A DNA stretch of 64,000 nucleotides, taken from NCBI RefSeq assembly GCF_035594765.1, contig NC_085844.1, forward strand, positions 35,851,923-35,915,922, given 5' to 3'. The stretch's first letter is position 1; every line of letters begins with the position of its first letter. Shown here piece after piece: positions 39,476 to 52,978 of the stretch. The notes under the pieces were generated by a model. It saw nothing but the letters and a program-made list of their open reading frames with translations, was not told the origin of the DNA and ran no database searches. Source of the stretch: Anolis carolinensis (taxonomy: Eukaryota). The translations under genes were made by a program, and so were the position numbers.

Positions 39476-39710
39476 TGTATGGCTACAAATTCACAAGTAC
39501 AGAGACTTGTTTTTGTAATCTGAAGAAGAATCCAGATGTCATCCTGGCAAATTCACGGTCCCAACTACTCATTCGTCACTTTGGGGATTTGGGGGGCTGG
39601 AATATTTTCAAGCCATGGATGACGGAATCCAGGGATACTACAGCACTGCATAGTGGATCAAGTGTTGTATCCAGTGGGTGCAGTCAATTGGATTGGACTA
39701 GGTTGGACTA

Positions 39711-39861
39711 GGGCCCCTTCCACACAGCGGAATGAAATCCCACAGTATCGGCCTTGAACTGGGATATATGGCAGCATGGACTCAGATAACACAGTTCAAA
39801 GCAGATATTGTGGGATTTTCTGCCTTGATATTCTGTGTTATATGACTGTGTGGAAGGGTCC
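39711..39861. mobile_element. Palindromic Harbinger-like MITE (GGCCCCTTCCACAC...GTGTGGAAGGG)
   Basis: Family copies also at ~7499-7636, 11151-11278, 14849-14995, 16597-16747, 38141-38473, 40170-40310, 44183-44321. Confidence 0.75.
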
Positions 39862-40420
39862 TAGGATTCTGGAAGATCAGGGTTCAAATCCCCACTCGGC
39901 CAAGGAAGCTCCCTGATACTCAGTTCTTTTTTGTCACAATTGTATTTTAAAAACCCTCCTATGACAAACACAAACATTCTGAATTTACTTCTTCACAGTA
40001 ACAAGACCTACAAAAATAATTTTAAAGATACCTCTAGAATAGTGATTCCCAACCTATCATTCTCTAAGTGTTTTGTACTTCAGCTTGTTGAAGTCCAAAA
40101 CAACGGAAGGACCAAAGGTTAGGACTTTCCCTCTCCCTCCTTTTTTATCGACTGCAGATTACTACTTCTAGGGCCCTTTCCAGACAGCTGAATCAAATGC
40201 CACATCTGCCTTGAACTGAAATATATGGCAGTGTGGATTCAGATAACTCATTTCAAAGTAAATACTGTGAGATTTTCTGCCTTGATATTCTGGGCCGTGT
40301 GGAATGGCCCTAGGTGTGCAGTTGTTAACCTTCAACCAGTAGAGGGACTCAGTTCACCAAATTACAAAGCTTCTTATTATATTCTCTTACTAATACTGCA
40401 ATGCACTAATATGCTTAATA

Positions 40421-40743
40421 CAGTAGAGTCTCACTAATCCAAGCCTCGCTTATCCAATCCTCTGGATAATCCAAGCCATTTTTGTAGTCAATGTTTTCAA
40501 TATATCGTGATATTTTGGTGCTAAATTCGTAAATACAGTAATTACAACATAACATTACTGTGTATTGAACTACTTTTTCTGTCAAATTTGTTGTATAACA
40601 TGATGTTTTGGTGCTTAATTTGTGAAATCATAACCTAATTTGATGTTTAATAGGCTTTTCCTTAATCCCTCCTTATTATCCAAGTTATTCGCTTATCCAA
40701 GCTTCTGCCGGCCCGTTTAGCTTGGATTAGTGAGACTCTACTG
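40421..40743. mobile_element. 323-bp Tc1/mariner MITE
   Basis: TA-CAGTAGAGTCTCACTAATCCAAG...CTTGGATTAGTGAGACTCTACTG-TA. Confidence 0.92.
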
Positions 40744-43700
40744 TAACTCTATATTAACTCTGTATATTCATTGTTGTTGACAGCCTGTGTAATGCCAGTA
40801 CACTCTCTTGTGTATGGTATGCTGAATGCTTTATGATTTTTGGCACACAGAAATGCTTCTCCTTGGGGATATAGAGTGGGATATAAACAAAGTTATTATT
40901 GTTATTTTTACTGCTACTATTATTACTATTATTATCTCAGGCTATCTGCTATGGTACTGATAGTTCCCCCCTAATATACCAAGACCTGGTACCATCTTCA
41001 CACCCACTGGATACAAATATTCCTTCCTTTCCTGAAAACTCAGTGGCAGCCCATGCTTCGTGGATCAGGACCACTCCATGGATCACCTTTTTTTTTATAA
41101 GCCAAGGACATACACTTACTGCCTCTTATCAAAAGATTGCATTACACCAAAGTGTTCAAAAGCTGGGCATTTTAGGAATGCCTATCAATGAAATTTTCCT
41201 TAAAACCCCAAATTTCTATCACTGCAATATCTACAAATAAAAGTTTATGCACTCCAAGAAAAGGAGAAGGCAGGCAACATTAACATTAATATGTACATTA
41301 TTTTCAATGTCTCAGTTTCTTAAAGGCTAGAAATTTGAGAACTGAAGGAAATTTTCATTTAGGAGGCCAGAGTCCTCATCATCATCCCAACTACACTTCG
41401 GCACACTGAAACTGAAGTGTATGTCTACTCCAGAAATATACTCCAGTTTCAGTCTCATTTTCTCATCAAAGTTAGGAACAACTTTGTGCAACCCAGTTAT
41501 TGCAGTATGAAGACAGAAAAGTAGCCTAAGGTTAATCAAATGTGGCTATTTCCTGTAGATTCAGGGAAATGTGTGTTAATCAAATGTTAGATTCCTCATT
41601 TTTACCCCACCCTTCCAAGACTGCTCAAGCTTGACTTCAGATGTTATATACATTGTTTAAAAGCAACCAGACTGATTTTAAAACCCAGAAGATCCCAGAT
41701 TTTATTCCTGTCCTTTCCAATTTTATTTCAGAGTTCCAAAAAATGCAGAAACATACCGGTATCTGAGATTTTAAAATTTGGGTGCTCTCTTAGCTGTTTA
41801 TACAAGAAATGTTATGGGTAGCTTGGCCATCAGATGGTGATCTAGAGTCATTCTGGGAAGTCGTATTTCCTGACCGTATGCTGACTTGTCCTATAGTAAC
41901 CCCTGATTAGACAACTTGAGACAGCTCTCTATCGTTTTTGTATCCACATAGCATTTCAAACCTGTTTTTCATCCATAGGTTTCACACACTCATGTGGCCA
42001 AATAGTTTACAAATATAAATACATTTAGCGAATGAAAGCAATTGCTTTACTTTGTCACTAAATCAAGAGACCACCTAAGTTAGATGTTGATGGAGATATT
42101 ATTCTCACTCTTCTAATGTTATTTCAGAAGCCGACTGCTTTTCCCAGCTGAAGTTGACTGATAATCATGATTTTAATCCTCCTATGCATGGTACTTGCTG
42201 GTACCACCTCCCTTCCCTGTCTTTGAAGAGTTGTTTTGGAAAAGAGCTTAGCAGCAAGATTAGAGGCAGCAAGGGTCTTACAGACCACACCATAAGCAAG
42301 CCTATATGTTAACTGTGGAATTAACCGTTTTCTATTTGGGAAGCATAAACTAAAATAGATCTATATACTGGATCAGATCCAAAAATGTGTGACTTTATAG
42401 TAATTTGACACAATGCTTGGCTCTTGCTATGTAAGGAAACTCATCAGAACCACCGTTGGATTCAAAACAAGCACAGTTGTGACCCTACAAGCCTGCAGGA
42501 GCATTGGTTTTCTTTTCAGACATGATAAAGAGCAGATTCCCTTAAATCCTGAAACCAACTTGGCCAATAGACTTATGGGTTCGTCTATATATGCTTGGCT
42601 GCCCATGCTTTGCTTCTTGGCACACATGTCAATAGATGGGTCCAAATTCAAACTCCCGACATTACAGCCATTCAATTGTATTTTTACTGTTTGAAGTGAA
42701 ATATAAACTAGCAAACTTTTCATGCAAAGGGTGGTTGTTGGATCTTTTCTGGCAATGGTACAACATCCTTCACCACACCTGAGTTTAGCAACATAACTTA
42801 AGGACAGACCCTACAGCATCCATTGTAGTATCTTACATCTTTCTGCTGTTCCTACAACACTTGCACTTGAAACAAAGCCACCTCTGTAAGCCCAACAGAA
42901 GAAAAAGAAATGTCTGGCCCATCAGATGCTGCTGGACTATAGCTTTCCTCAGCCCTAGGCAACAAAGTGAATGGTGAAGGATGGTGGATGCTGGAGTTCA
43001 ACACATGTTACTCAAATGTTATCATTCCTAGACTTTAAAAATTCTTACAAGCTGTGCTTTCTTTTTTTCCAAGGGGATTCTATGAATTTGTGATAAGAGA
43101 AAACATCCTGCAGAAACTCCACCAGCATCTTTCATATTGATATTATACAATCCAAAAGCAGTTCAAGAATGTCTGGCAGAAAATAGTCATGCTTTGAGGA
43201 TGTGTTCAAGGATAATGCTTTAATTTAATACATCTCTTGCTGTAGCATTTCCCTGTGTGAGTTTTCTCTTCTCCTTAATCAGCAACATCTGATTTAAAAT
43301 TGGAGGACATTCTTTTACTATGTGGACAGCTGACCCCTTTACAACAGGTGTCCCTGGTCAAGAATTAGTGTGTTCCAAATCAGAGAAATGAGTCATTATA
43401 TTTAAATGTGAATTTGAATATGAATCCAATTGAGATGAAAATGTAGAGCTTAGTTAACAGACTGAATAACATCACTTTAAATGTTTAGTGCATGCATGTA
43501 ATTTCCTATACAGGCAGTCCCCGGGTTACAAACATCCAGCTTACGAATGACTCATAGTTAAGAAGAAGGGTGAGACAACAGGCAATGAGAGAAATCTACC
43601 CCTCGGAAGGGAAAATCACTCCTGAAAGGGTTATCATGGGAAAAAGGTATCTCCACTGAAGCTTCATTACCAATTCTTGTTTCCACGACAATTTTTTCAA

Positions 43701-44469
43701 AATCCAATTCAGGGACAGAAATTGAGGTGAAATCTTCTGAATAGAGACACAGGCAGCAAAACAAACACCACAGGGGTGTTAACTCTTCCCTATGCTATCC
43801 AGTGTGTGTGCACTCTGAATAGCAAGGGAAGGGTTAACACCTCTGTGGTTGTTATATATGGCTGGAGTCAGATTTTAAAGATGTACATGTTACAGCTTAC
43901 ATACAAATTCAATTTAGAAACAAAGTTACAGACCCTATCTTGTTTGTAACTTGCCAATATTTTTCTTCTAAGTCTTATTTTTATTACCCTGCAATATTTA
44001 TTATCAAATGCTGGAAAATATGCTTCTTCACAATTATTTCTTGGAACCAAGCACAGGACTATGGCAGAATAATATATTTAGAATTTCAGCCATAAGTAAT
44101 TGCAGTACTAGGGCCAGGAACTGAATATGCTGGTTTCAAAAGGGAGAAAGTTATTCTAGTTATCTCATAGAGCTTAACCTAAGGTCCCTTCCACACAGCT
44201 TTATAAAATCCATATTGAACTGGATTATATGGCAATGTGGATTCAGATAACCCAGTTCAAAACAGATCTTGTGGATTATCTGCCTTGATATTCTGGGTGA
44301 TGTGGCTGTGTGGAAGGACCCTCACATCTTTTCAAAGTGCAAATATTTATGCATGCTCTGCCAGTGGATGATTCAGGCAGTGTTTAAAGATCTACCATAA
44401 AGATGGAGTCAAGGCCCATTACCCAAAATGAACTAATCAGAGTACCCACAGCATTGGTCTTTGCTGCAT

Positions 44470-44510
44470 TAGGTGAGGTCACATGGCCTGTGTTTCCTTT
44501 AAAATATAGA
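44470..44510 (+). promoter_or_regulatory. Putative core promoter of the plus-strand FABP
   Basis: TTTAAAA TATA-like box ~95 nt upstream of the ATG (FABP4-type, from memory), with a nuclear-receptor half site AGGTCA just upstream. Confidence 0.45.
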
Positions 44511-44597
44511 AGAGGCACTATCTTTCCCCCCCTAATGTCCACTCTTTGCTTTCTGTTACCTATCTCTGGAGTGCTTTTAAACTGTATGGTATGCAAG

Positions 44598-47500
44598 ATG
44601 TGTGAACGATTTGAAGGAACCTGGGAGCTTATGTCTGATTGTAAAGATGACGGAGGATTAAATGTGACATTTTATGGTGAGAATTGCTTTGTAAGTAGCT
44701 TTGTTAATGGGACAGTGGGGCGGACTTCGATGCTTGTGACAAAAGGCAAAACCCTGCAATATTAAAAGGCACTAATTAGGGCAGCCTGCAATTATCGTAA
44801 ACATTGTTGTATTTCATTTTGCCAGGTGGTCATTTATACATCCATATGAGCAACTGTCCAGGCCAGCCCTGCCATTAGACAGTGCGTCATCTACCTCAGG
44901 CAGCGGAATCATGGTGGCATAAAAGAACAGCAAATTCTTCATTTAATTTCATTTGGCTATATATGTTTCTGCATCAAGCACCAAAATAACTCAACTGGAT
45001 TTATGCTATCATGCACCTGAACTTGGATTAGGCATGATAGATTTTTGTTAATCTACATCAAACAGCAAAATTCTTAACTAATATAGGACAAACAAGTTAT
45101 TATATTACTAAATAACAAAATATGACTTCTTTTAAGAGAAAGGGTCACCACTCAATCCCCTCCTCCAACCCCAACCCTGTATTTTTACTGCTTCAGACTT
45201 CCTTTGCTGTCTCATTCCTAATAATGAATTTGAATACTGGACTGTTTCCAACTTTTTCTGTAAAACTCACAAATGCTACTTTCAGGAAGCTGGACTCTGA
45301 AACAAATGCTACACTCAGGCAGATGCCTTAATCCAGAGGTAAAACTCAGTATTTCTTCAGTTTATTTTTGAATGGTTTAATTGTGAGAATTTGCCATCTA
45401 ACCAATGGAACATAATTATTCTATTTACCATATGACCAGGTGATGTACTAAGAGGTTGTCTGTGGCTGCCTGGACTATTTTTCAAGTTTGTGTTTTGAAA
45501 ATTGTCTTTTTCCTACAACATGAGCTCTGATCTGGGTTCTAGTTTCATGTGTTAGCTCTTTACATGCAAGAAGGTTTAATGAGGCCCAGCTGGTGAGTAC
45601 AAGGCAGTAGTAAAAGAAGAAAACTGCATTTCGGATGGATAGATCATATCAAGGATTCTAAGGCACTGAATGGGTGACTTAAAGCCAGTTTGTTGACAAT
45701 TAACAACAATCTGGGATGCATACAAATTTCCAGCTCTGGTGGCTGTTCTGAGTGAATAGATTGTTTTTGTGTCTTACAGCTCAAATTCTAAATGCATCCT
45801 ACTCCAGAAGTAATGTGGTTGTTTTACCAGGCTTCCTTCTTAGCTAACTTTTGTTAGATACTACAGTATATAGTTAATCACAGAGCTTGAAACTGGCTGA
45901 AGGTTGCAGCTGTTTGACTAAACAGTTTATCATTCTACATCAAAGGGATATTTTGTCAGATAGCAAATCCCATGGTAATATAGTAGGATGATTGCATTGC
46001 AGCCTGCATTGATTAGTGTTATGATGTGGTGCCTATTTTCTAATCTGAATACAAACTGGATGGGTATGTGCCTTCATACCCATCCGTCGATGTATGGCAA
46101 CTTATCAATTTCATGGTATTTTAAGACAAATAATACTCAAATATTGTTTTTCCAGTTCCTTCCTCTGAAATATAATACACCTGGAATTCACTGGCAGTCT
46201 CCTGCCCAAATAAGAACCAGGCCTGGCCCTACAGCACCTGGTATTTGTTGGTGGACTCTCATCAGTGCTGACCCTCCTTAGCCTCCATGATCAGACAGGA
46301 TCTGGTGCCGTTATGGTATTTTGGCTACTTCCCTGTAAATCAGGACAAAATTGTTTTATAAAACTACCTATTATTGTTGTAATAGTTTATTTATCATTCC
46401 TGTGGGAATCTCAGTTCTGGGGGCTTCAAGTGCCAGGATAATACTATATCTACCACTTACACCCAGAACAGGAGTAGAGTTGAGACTTTAACTATTTCAC
46501 TGTTAGCATTTTCCTGAACACAGTACAGTACTTAGATTCCAAGCACAATAGAGATGGCTGTAACAATTTCACTTTTGATTTCCTGAAAAGCCAAGTTGGG
46601 GACCCCTAGGCAATTCACAATCAACTTCATAGTGCAACAAAATTACTATGTTTCCTAGAGACTCTACTGTGCTTTTGAGTGAAGTGAAGCAAGGAGAAGG
46701 GGAGGTTACAGGTAAGGGTATGTCTCCAAAGGAAGGAAGCATTGCATGAGGAAAAGTAAAGCACGCCAGAGTAAGGGAAGAAGTTAGAAGGTGCAATAGA
46801 TGAGCTCATCAAATGAATAGAAGATATAAGGTGATGCAAGGTGCAAAATGGAGGACTGGTGTCACAAACCGAGACAAGAGGGGAAAGTGGGAAGTCCACC
46901 TTGCAGTAGAACTTTCTTCTTCATTTCATTTTTTTCAGTTGCTTCCTAGCTGTTTTTTTTGGGTTTTTTTGTTTGTTTGTTTTTTTTTTGGGGGGGGGGG
47001 GGGGGTTCCTGAGCTATTATTGACCAAGGAAGCAATGATACTGAAAGTAGACTAACCTGCCTAGCAACAGAGCCATGTAATTAATTTCCCATTTTAAACC
47101 TCCTTCTCCATAGGTTTTCCTATCTCATTGAACCTGTCTGAAGCAGAGCCAGCCTCTGCAGTGAATGTTAATGTAATCAACTCATTGTGGAATGGATTGA
47201 GTTGCATTTCACAAGTTTCTAGTGAGTTAAGCCAAAATGCTGTAAAGTATCAAAGAATTGGGAAAGACCACAAGGTCCATCCATGCAGGAACACCCAATC
47301 AAGGCATCCCTGAGAGATGGCCACCAAGGCTGTATTTCAAAACCTCCAGAGAAGGAAACTCCACCACATGCTGAGGGAGAATCTTCCACTATCGAACAAC
47401 TCTGTTAGGAAATTCTTCTGAATATTTAGATGGAATATCTTTTCCTGCAATTTGAATCAATTGCTCCATATCCTAGTCTGTAGAACAGCAGATAACAAGT

Positions 47501-50500
47501 TGGTCCTCTCTTCCATATAATAGCCTGCTGTCTAATTTTTCAGTGGAAATCTTATCTGTAGCAAGCAACCTTCACATACTGAAGAAGGATCAGAGATATT
47601 GCTAATTGAAAATATGTTTTGTTTATTTTTTATGATATTCTTGTGTTTGGCAGCTTGTTTTAGAATTGCTTAACTTGCTTTATATGTTTCTGCACTGCTA
47701 CCTAACCCCCTTTGGTCTTTTTTGTTGTTTGTGTGAGCACCTAGAGATGTGGATATTATACCTTCATATGATGTGGATATTACAAGAAGGGATCTTAAGC
47801 GTTTTATGAAGCCTAGAATAACTATCCGTGCAGAAGGTATTTGGCTGAATATCACAACAGAGAACGCTGTCAAAAAATCAGAGATCTCCTTCAAGCTGGG
47901 CCAAGAGTTTGAAGAGACTACGGCAGATAACAGGAAAACCAAGGTAAGTGTTATGAGTGCTCTTCAGGGTTCAATCTCAAGTTGAATGCAAAAGCTATCC
48001 CAGTGCAAGGCAAGTATGAATAACACATGGCTGACTAATCACAGGTCCCTCCACACTGCCTGATTTTACAACTCCTTTCCCACCCCTACTGTTACCAAAC
48101 TGCTGAATTTGAACAACCGAGTAAGCCCTCCAACTATCCCAGTTTGGCAGGGACAACCAGAAAAATCTATTTAGCCCAATTGCTAGATTAAAATATCCCC
48201 TTTTCCTTCTCCAGTTCCCACTTTTCCCTTACTTCAATTGTTGCATGCTGAGTTCAAGTGCTAAAGAGGAGAGGCTGTGGAATCTTGCTCTTTCCAGAAA
48301 GTTCAGGCAAAAACAAAGCTTTCCTAGCTTGTGTGTTCTTGCTCATTAATAACTTCTGCCACCTCAATCACACTCTGCTCATATATGTCCCCGTTTTCTT
48401 TTTCAGGGGTATGCCACAGTAGGAGGAACATTGTGTGGATATGATAGCAGTTGTATGCTGTCAACTTAGTTGAATATCCTGGTTAGGGGAGGTTAGTGTA
48501 AAGCAGGAATGGGGAATATGAAACCTTTTGACCACATGTGTGCCCACAGCTTCCCTTTTTAAAATGTTGAAACAAATGCCCTAATTTACAAAATAGCCAT
48601 TATATGTGCAGGAAGAAAAAATTACTATGTCTGTGGTCCCACAAGAGAAGTCTTTTTCTTCAAAATTAAAATAACCTAGAAGATGATCTATTGTTTGGAG
48701 TGTCAGGGACCAGAGGGCTGTCAAAAAGTGGAATTAGTTGAAAAGTGGAACCCAGGCTTTTGTAGTTTGCAAATGCATTTTGACCACTGAAAAAAACATA
48801 AAACTTTTGAATGTGTGATAAAAAGCTGTTTCACGCATTCAAAAGCAATTCAAGGAAAGTTTGCTCTTTCTGTAGGAAAGCCTAAGACACACACTTGCAT
48901 GGAACATTTCCAAGTGAGCCACATAAGAAGGGACTGATTTGTTTTTTCATGTCAGGAGCAACCAGAGTTGCTTCTGGGGTGAGAGAATTGGCTGTCTGCA
49001 AGGACGTTGCCCAGGGGACGCCCGGATGTTTTGATGTATTTACCATCCTCGTGGGAGGCTTCTCTCATGTCCCCACATGGAGCTGGAGCTGAAAGAGGGA
49101 GCTCATCCTCACTCTCCCAGGGTGGGATTCGAACCTGGCAGCCTTCAGGTCAGCAACCCAACCTTCAAGTCATGAGGCTTTTATCCCCTAGACCACCGGA
49201 GGCTCCTAGCAGGAACTGATGAAAGGCATCAAATTAATAGAACTTGTCTGTGATTTGTAAGCATTGAAAGAGCAAGTTATCAGAAAGCGAGGTGACAAAA
49301 TGTGGGGAAAGCCTGCATTGATGTGTTCTATATCAAGGGAGCAAGAAAAAGCAAGTAGAACTTTGGAGCGTTTTTTCAGACTACAGCTCCCACCAGCTCA
49401 CAGCTGGCATGGCCACTTTTGCAAGTCTTGTAAAAAGCCTATTACTTTTTGAACAGCAGTTTCATTACATGGGATATGGGTTTTTATTTTTCTAGAGTAT
49501 TGTGACCATAGAGAAGGATGGCTCTCTACTTCATGTGCAGAACTGGCATGGGAAACAAACTTTAATAAGGAGAAAGCTGGTATATGGCACTATGGTGGAG
49601 GTAAGTAAGATTCCAGGTGCTTGCAGAGTGGGAGGACCATATAGAATGCTTTGGGTGCTTCTAGACAAAAAAAGGGGGGTTCTTACAGCTACAGTAAGAG
49701 CTTGGCATCCTTTGGGGTTAGATTCATGTATGATCCTGTCTATTACATACAATAGTGTTGTAAAATTGCTTCACTTATATAAAATGGTAAAATCAAGGTT
49801 TACTTTTTGAATTTTTAAAAATATTTTCAAGCCATGGATCATGAAATTCATGGGTGCAGAATTTGTAGGTACAAAGGGCTAACTGAGGGATGGACAAGAA
49901 GTTTACAAATGGAGTAGCAATTTTTTTTCTAGAATCCTTCCTCAAATTCTGGAATAAGGCAGGATGACATGTGTCCATGGGTAATATTTAATGTGCATTT
50001 CTTTGAAGTACAGTAGAGTCTCACTTATCCAACACTCGCTTGTCCAATGTTCTGGATTATCCAACGCATTTTTGTAGTCACTGTTTTCAATATATCGTAA
50101 TATTTTGGTGCTAAATTCATAAATACAGTAATCACTACATAGCGTTATTGCGTATTGAACTACTTTTTCTGCCAAATTTGTTGTGTAACATGATGTTTTG
50201 GTGCTTCATTTGTAAAATCATAACCTAATTTGATGTTCAATAGGCTTTTCCTTAATGCCTCCTTATTATCCAACATATTCGCTTATCCAACATTCTTCCG
50301 GCCTGTTTATGTTGGATAAGTGAGACTCTACTGTATATATGTAAAGCCAAAAAAAAAAGGTCTGACAGAACACAGAATAGTAAAACTCAGTTCTTCACTC
50401 GAAAGGTTTTCCAAGTTAGAAAGCATTTAAAATTAAATCATTAGTATATGGATGTCTGGATATATTTTTATGGTCTCTGATTTGTTAATGGAAATAGATA

Positions 50501-51325
50501 TAACTGAAGTGTAGGATGTTTTGCTACTACCATTGAATAGATATTGGGTACTAGGACTAGGTACTGCTCGCAGTGGCACAGCGGGTTAAACCGCTGAGCT
50601 GCTGAACTTGCTGTCTGAAAGGGCAGCGGTTCAAATCCGGTGAGCGGGGTGAGTCCCCACTGTTAGCCCCAGCTTCTGCCAACCTAGCAGTACAAAAACA
50701 CACAAATATAAGTAAATAGGTACTGCTCCGGAAGGCAGGAAGGTAACAGCGCTCCATGCAGTCATGCTGGCCACATGGCCTTGGAGATGTCTATGGACAA
50801 AACCAGCTCTTCAGCTTAGAAATGGAGATGAGCACCAACCCCCAGAGACGGACACGGCAGGACTTAATGTTAGGGGGAAACCTTTACCTTTACCTACTAG
50901 GACGGTGCTATTAAAAGTGGTGGTCCATAGACCAATGGTGATGTGCAAGCAGTCTGTAGCAAGTTTTCAGAAAATAAACTAACAATCAATAGGCACAAAT
51001 ATGGAATCAATCCCAGGCACATTATGAAAAATCCCTCCTGGTCCTCCACATCAGTTAACTTAAGAGGTTTGGGGCTAAAGGACTGAGAATGGCAAAATGA
51101 TTCTGGTAAACACAGGATTTTTTCCCCTCTAAACTCTGGTTATAATGCAGCTCATACTTTTCCTTAAACAACACAAAACCCTACCCCACTATTAATTTCT
51201 GACAGAGTGCTGCAAATTTTAAGAGGCATAGCTTTCCTGCTGCTGATTACTTACCACACTGCCCTTTTTCATAGGAATTAATCGTAGGAAGTGCCATTCA
51301 CAAAAGGCAGTATAAGCGGGTTTGA
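44598..51325 (+). CDS. Divergent fatty acid-binding protein (FABP4/PMP2/FABP9/FABP12 subfamily paralogue), ~143 aa; exon-2 acceptor uncertain
   Basis: join(44598-44676, 47747(or 47738)-47943, 49496-49600, 51275-51325). Reads MCERFEGTWELMS..., [22 protein letters not shown]|SIVTIEKDGSLLHVQNWHGKQTLIRRKLVYGTMVE|ELIVGSAIHKRQYKRV*. FABP intron phases 1,0,0; AATAAA at 51469. Confidence 0.75.
50011..50333. mobile_element. 323-bp Tc1/mariner MITE
   Basis: Same TIRs, TA TSD. Confidence 0.92.
50558..50894 (+). mobile_element. Sauria SINE
   Basis: TSD tactaggac; acctttacctttacc tail. Confidence 0.88.
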
Positions 51326-52978
51326 CAAAGGCACCTGGAATCTGGAGTCATTGAGCTGGTTGATCTTACTAGGACTGAAGACAACTTGTGCTATGTTGCA
51401 AAAGGACTCTGATGTTTTAATCTTTTAACATAAGACTATTGAGACAGCAATTTGGATATTGAATGTTTAATAAAAATCTTAAACTCCTTCGTGCTTCTTT
51501 CTTGGTGGTAATGGATAGGTATGTGCCATATCGACATTTTTGGAAGACAGTAACAAAGTGGAAAGGTTTATCAGATCTTGAAATAGGGAATTCTATTCAG
51601 GTTAGCAAGACCAGCTGAGAATTTGTTAGGCTAGAACCTACATAGGTATGTACAAACTCTTTAAACTTCTAAAGCACCAAGGGAAAATGTGTGGTCTTCA
51701 CATTGTCAAACTACAGTTCTGATCATCTTTGGCAACACATTGGAGAGGGGTCAGGGCTGTGCAGGAGTCACTTTTACCTTGGTTTGCACTGTGGAGGTCT
51801 TCAAATGCTCATCTCATCAGTGCAAAATGTCGCAATAGATTTATTACATCTTTTTCTTTCTTTTTTTTCGTGTCAGGAGCAACCAGAGTTGCTTCTGGAG
51901 TGAGAGAATTGGCCGTCTGCAAGGACGTTGCCCAGGGGACGCCCAGATGTTTTGATGTTTTTACCATCCTTGTGGGAGGCTTCTCTCATGTCCCCGCATG
52001 GAGCTGGAGCTGATAGAGGGAGCTCATCCACACTCTCCCCAGGTGAGATTCGAACCTGGCAGCTTTCAGGTCAGCAACCCAACCTTCAAGTCACTTAGTC
52101 CACTACGCCATCTGGGGGCTCCTATTACGACATCTTAGTATGATGATAAGATATACATTTTAAGTAGTGTAGTAGCATAGCATAGGTTGAGTATTCCTTG
52201 TAGGAAATGTGGAGGACCAGGAGTGTTCTATACTTTGGATTTTGGAATACCTGTATTTGCATATATGAAAATGAGAAATCTTGAAACTGGGGACATGAAA
52301 TTAATTTCTATTTCATATATACCTTATACATAAGGCCAAATTTTATATACGATTTTAATGATTTCCCATATGAAACAAAGCTTATTTACATGGAACAATC
52401 AGATATGAAGGGTGTTATTATCTCAGCTAATCATATTGACCATTTTGGAGTATTTAAGATAAGGGATACTCAGTCTACATCTCCAATGGGTCTTGCAGCC
52501 CAGCGTAAATACATAAGTCATTTGTTTTATCAGAATTAAATGTTTTGTGAAGGATGAGCAAATATTTCAATACTTCTAGTAAGACAGGGAAAATGCATAT
52601 ATTGGGCTGTGACACGTGTTAGTGCCCAGGGGCAAGGTCTATAAAACAAGGGTACATTTTTGTCGTCTTGTCCTCCAAGGCAGGTAAGGGGGATCCCACT
52701 GGTCAGAGGCCCAATGGCAGTGTTCCTCCAGGTCCATTGCATCAATGGCCTTATTTATGACATTCATTATATCCCTTACTGTTGGATAAGGTGGATAGGA
52801 CTTGTGATTGAATAATTTCTACAAAGCAGTGCTGCAGGATTGACTTGGAAGTCATTCACAATGACAAGCCCGACTTTTGTAAACCTTTATTTCTTTCCAC
52901 ATAAAAAACACAATCAAGCTTTGAATACTTAACTAGTGAACCACAGGTAAATTTAAACTGAAATGATGGGGAGTAACT

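Noticed and set aside
41327-41530. Minus-strand acceptor-preceded ORF with VVPNFDEKMR, faintly like [13 protein letters not shown]
   Set aside because: Only 4-5 matching residues, no GTW motif and no partner exons; cannot be supported without an alignment.
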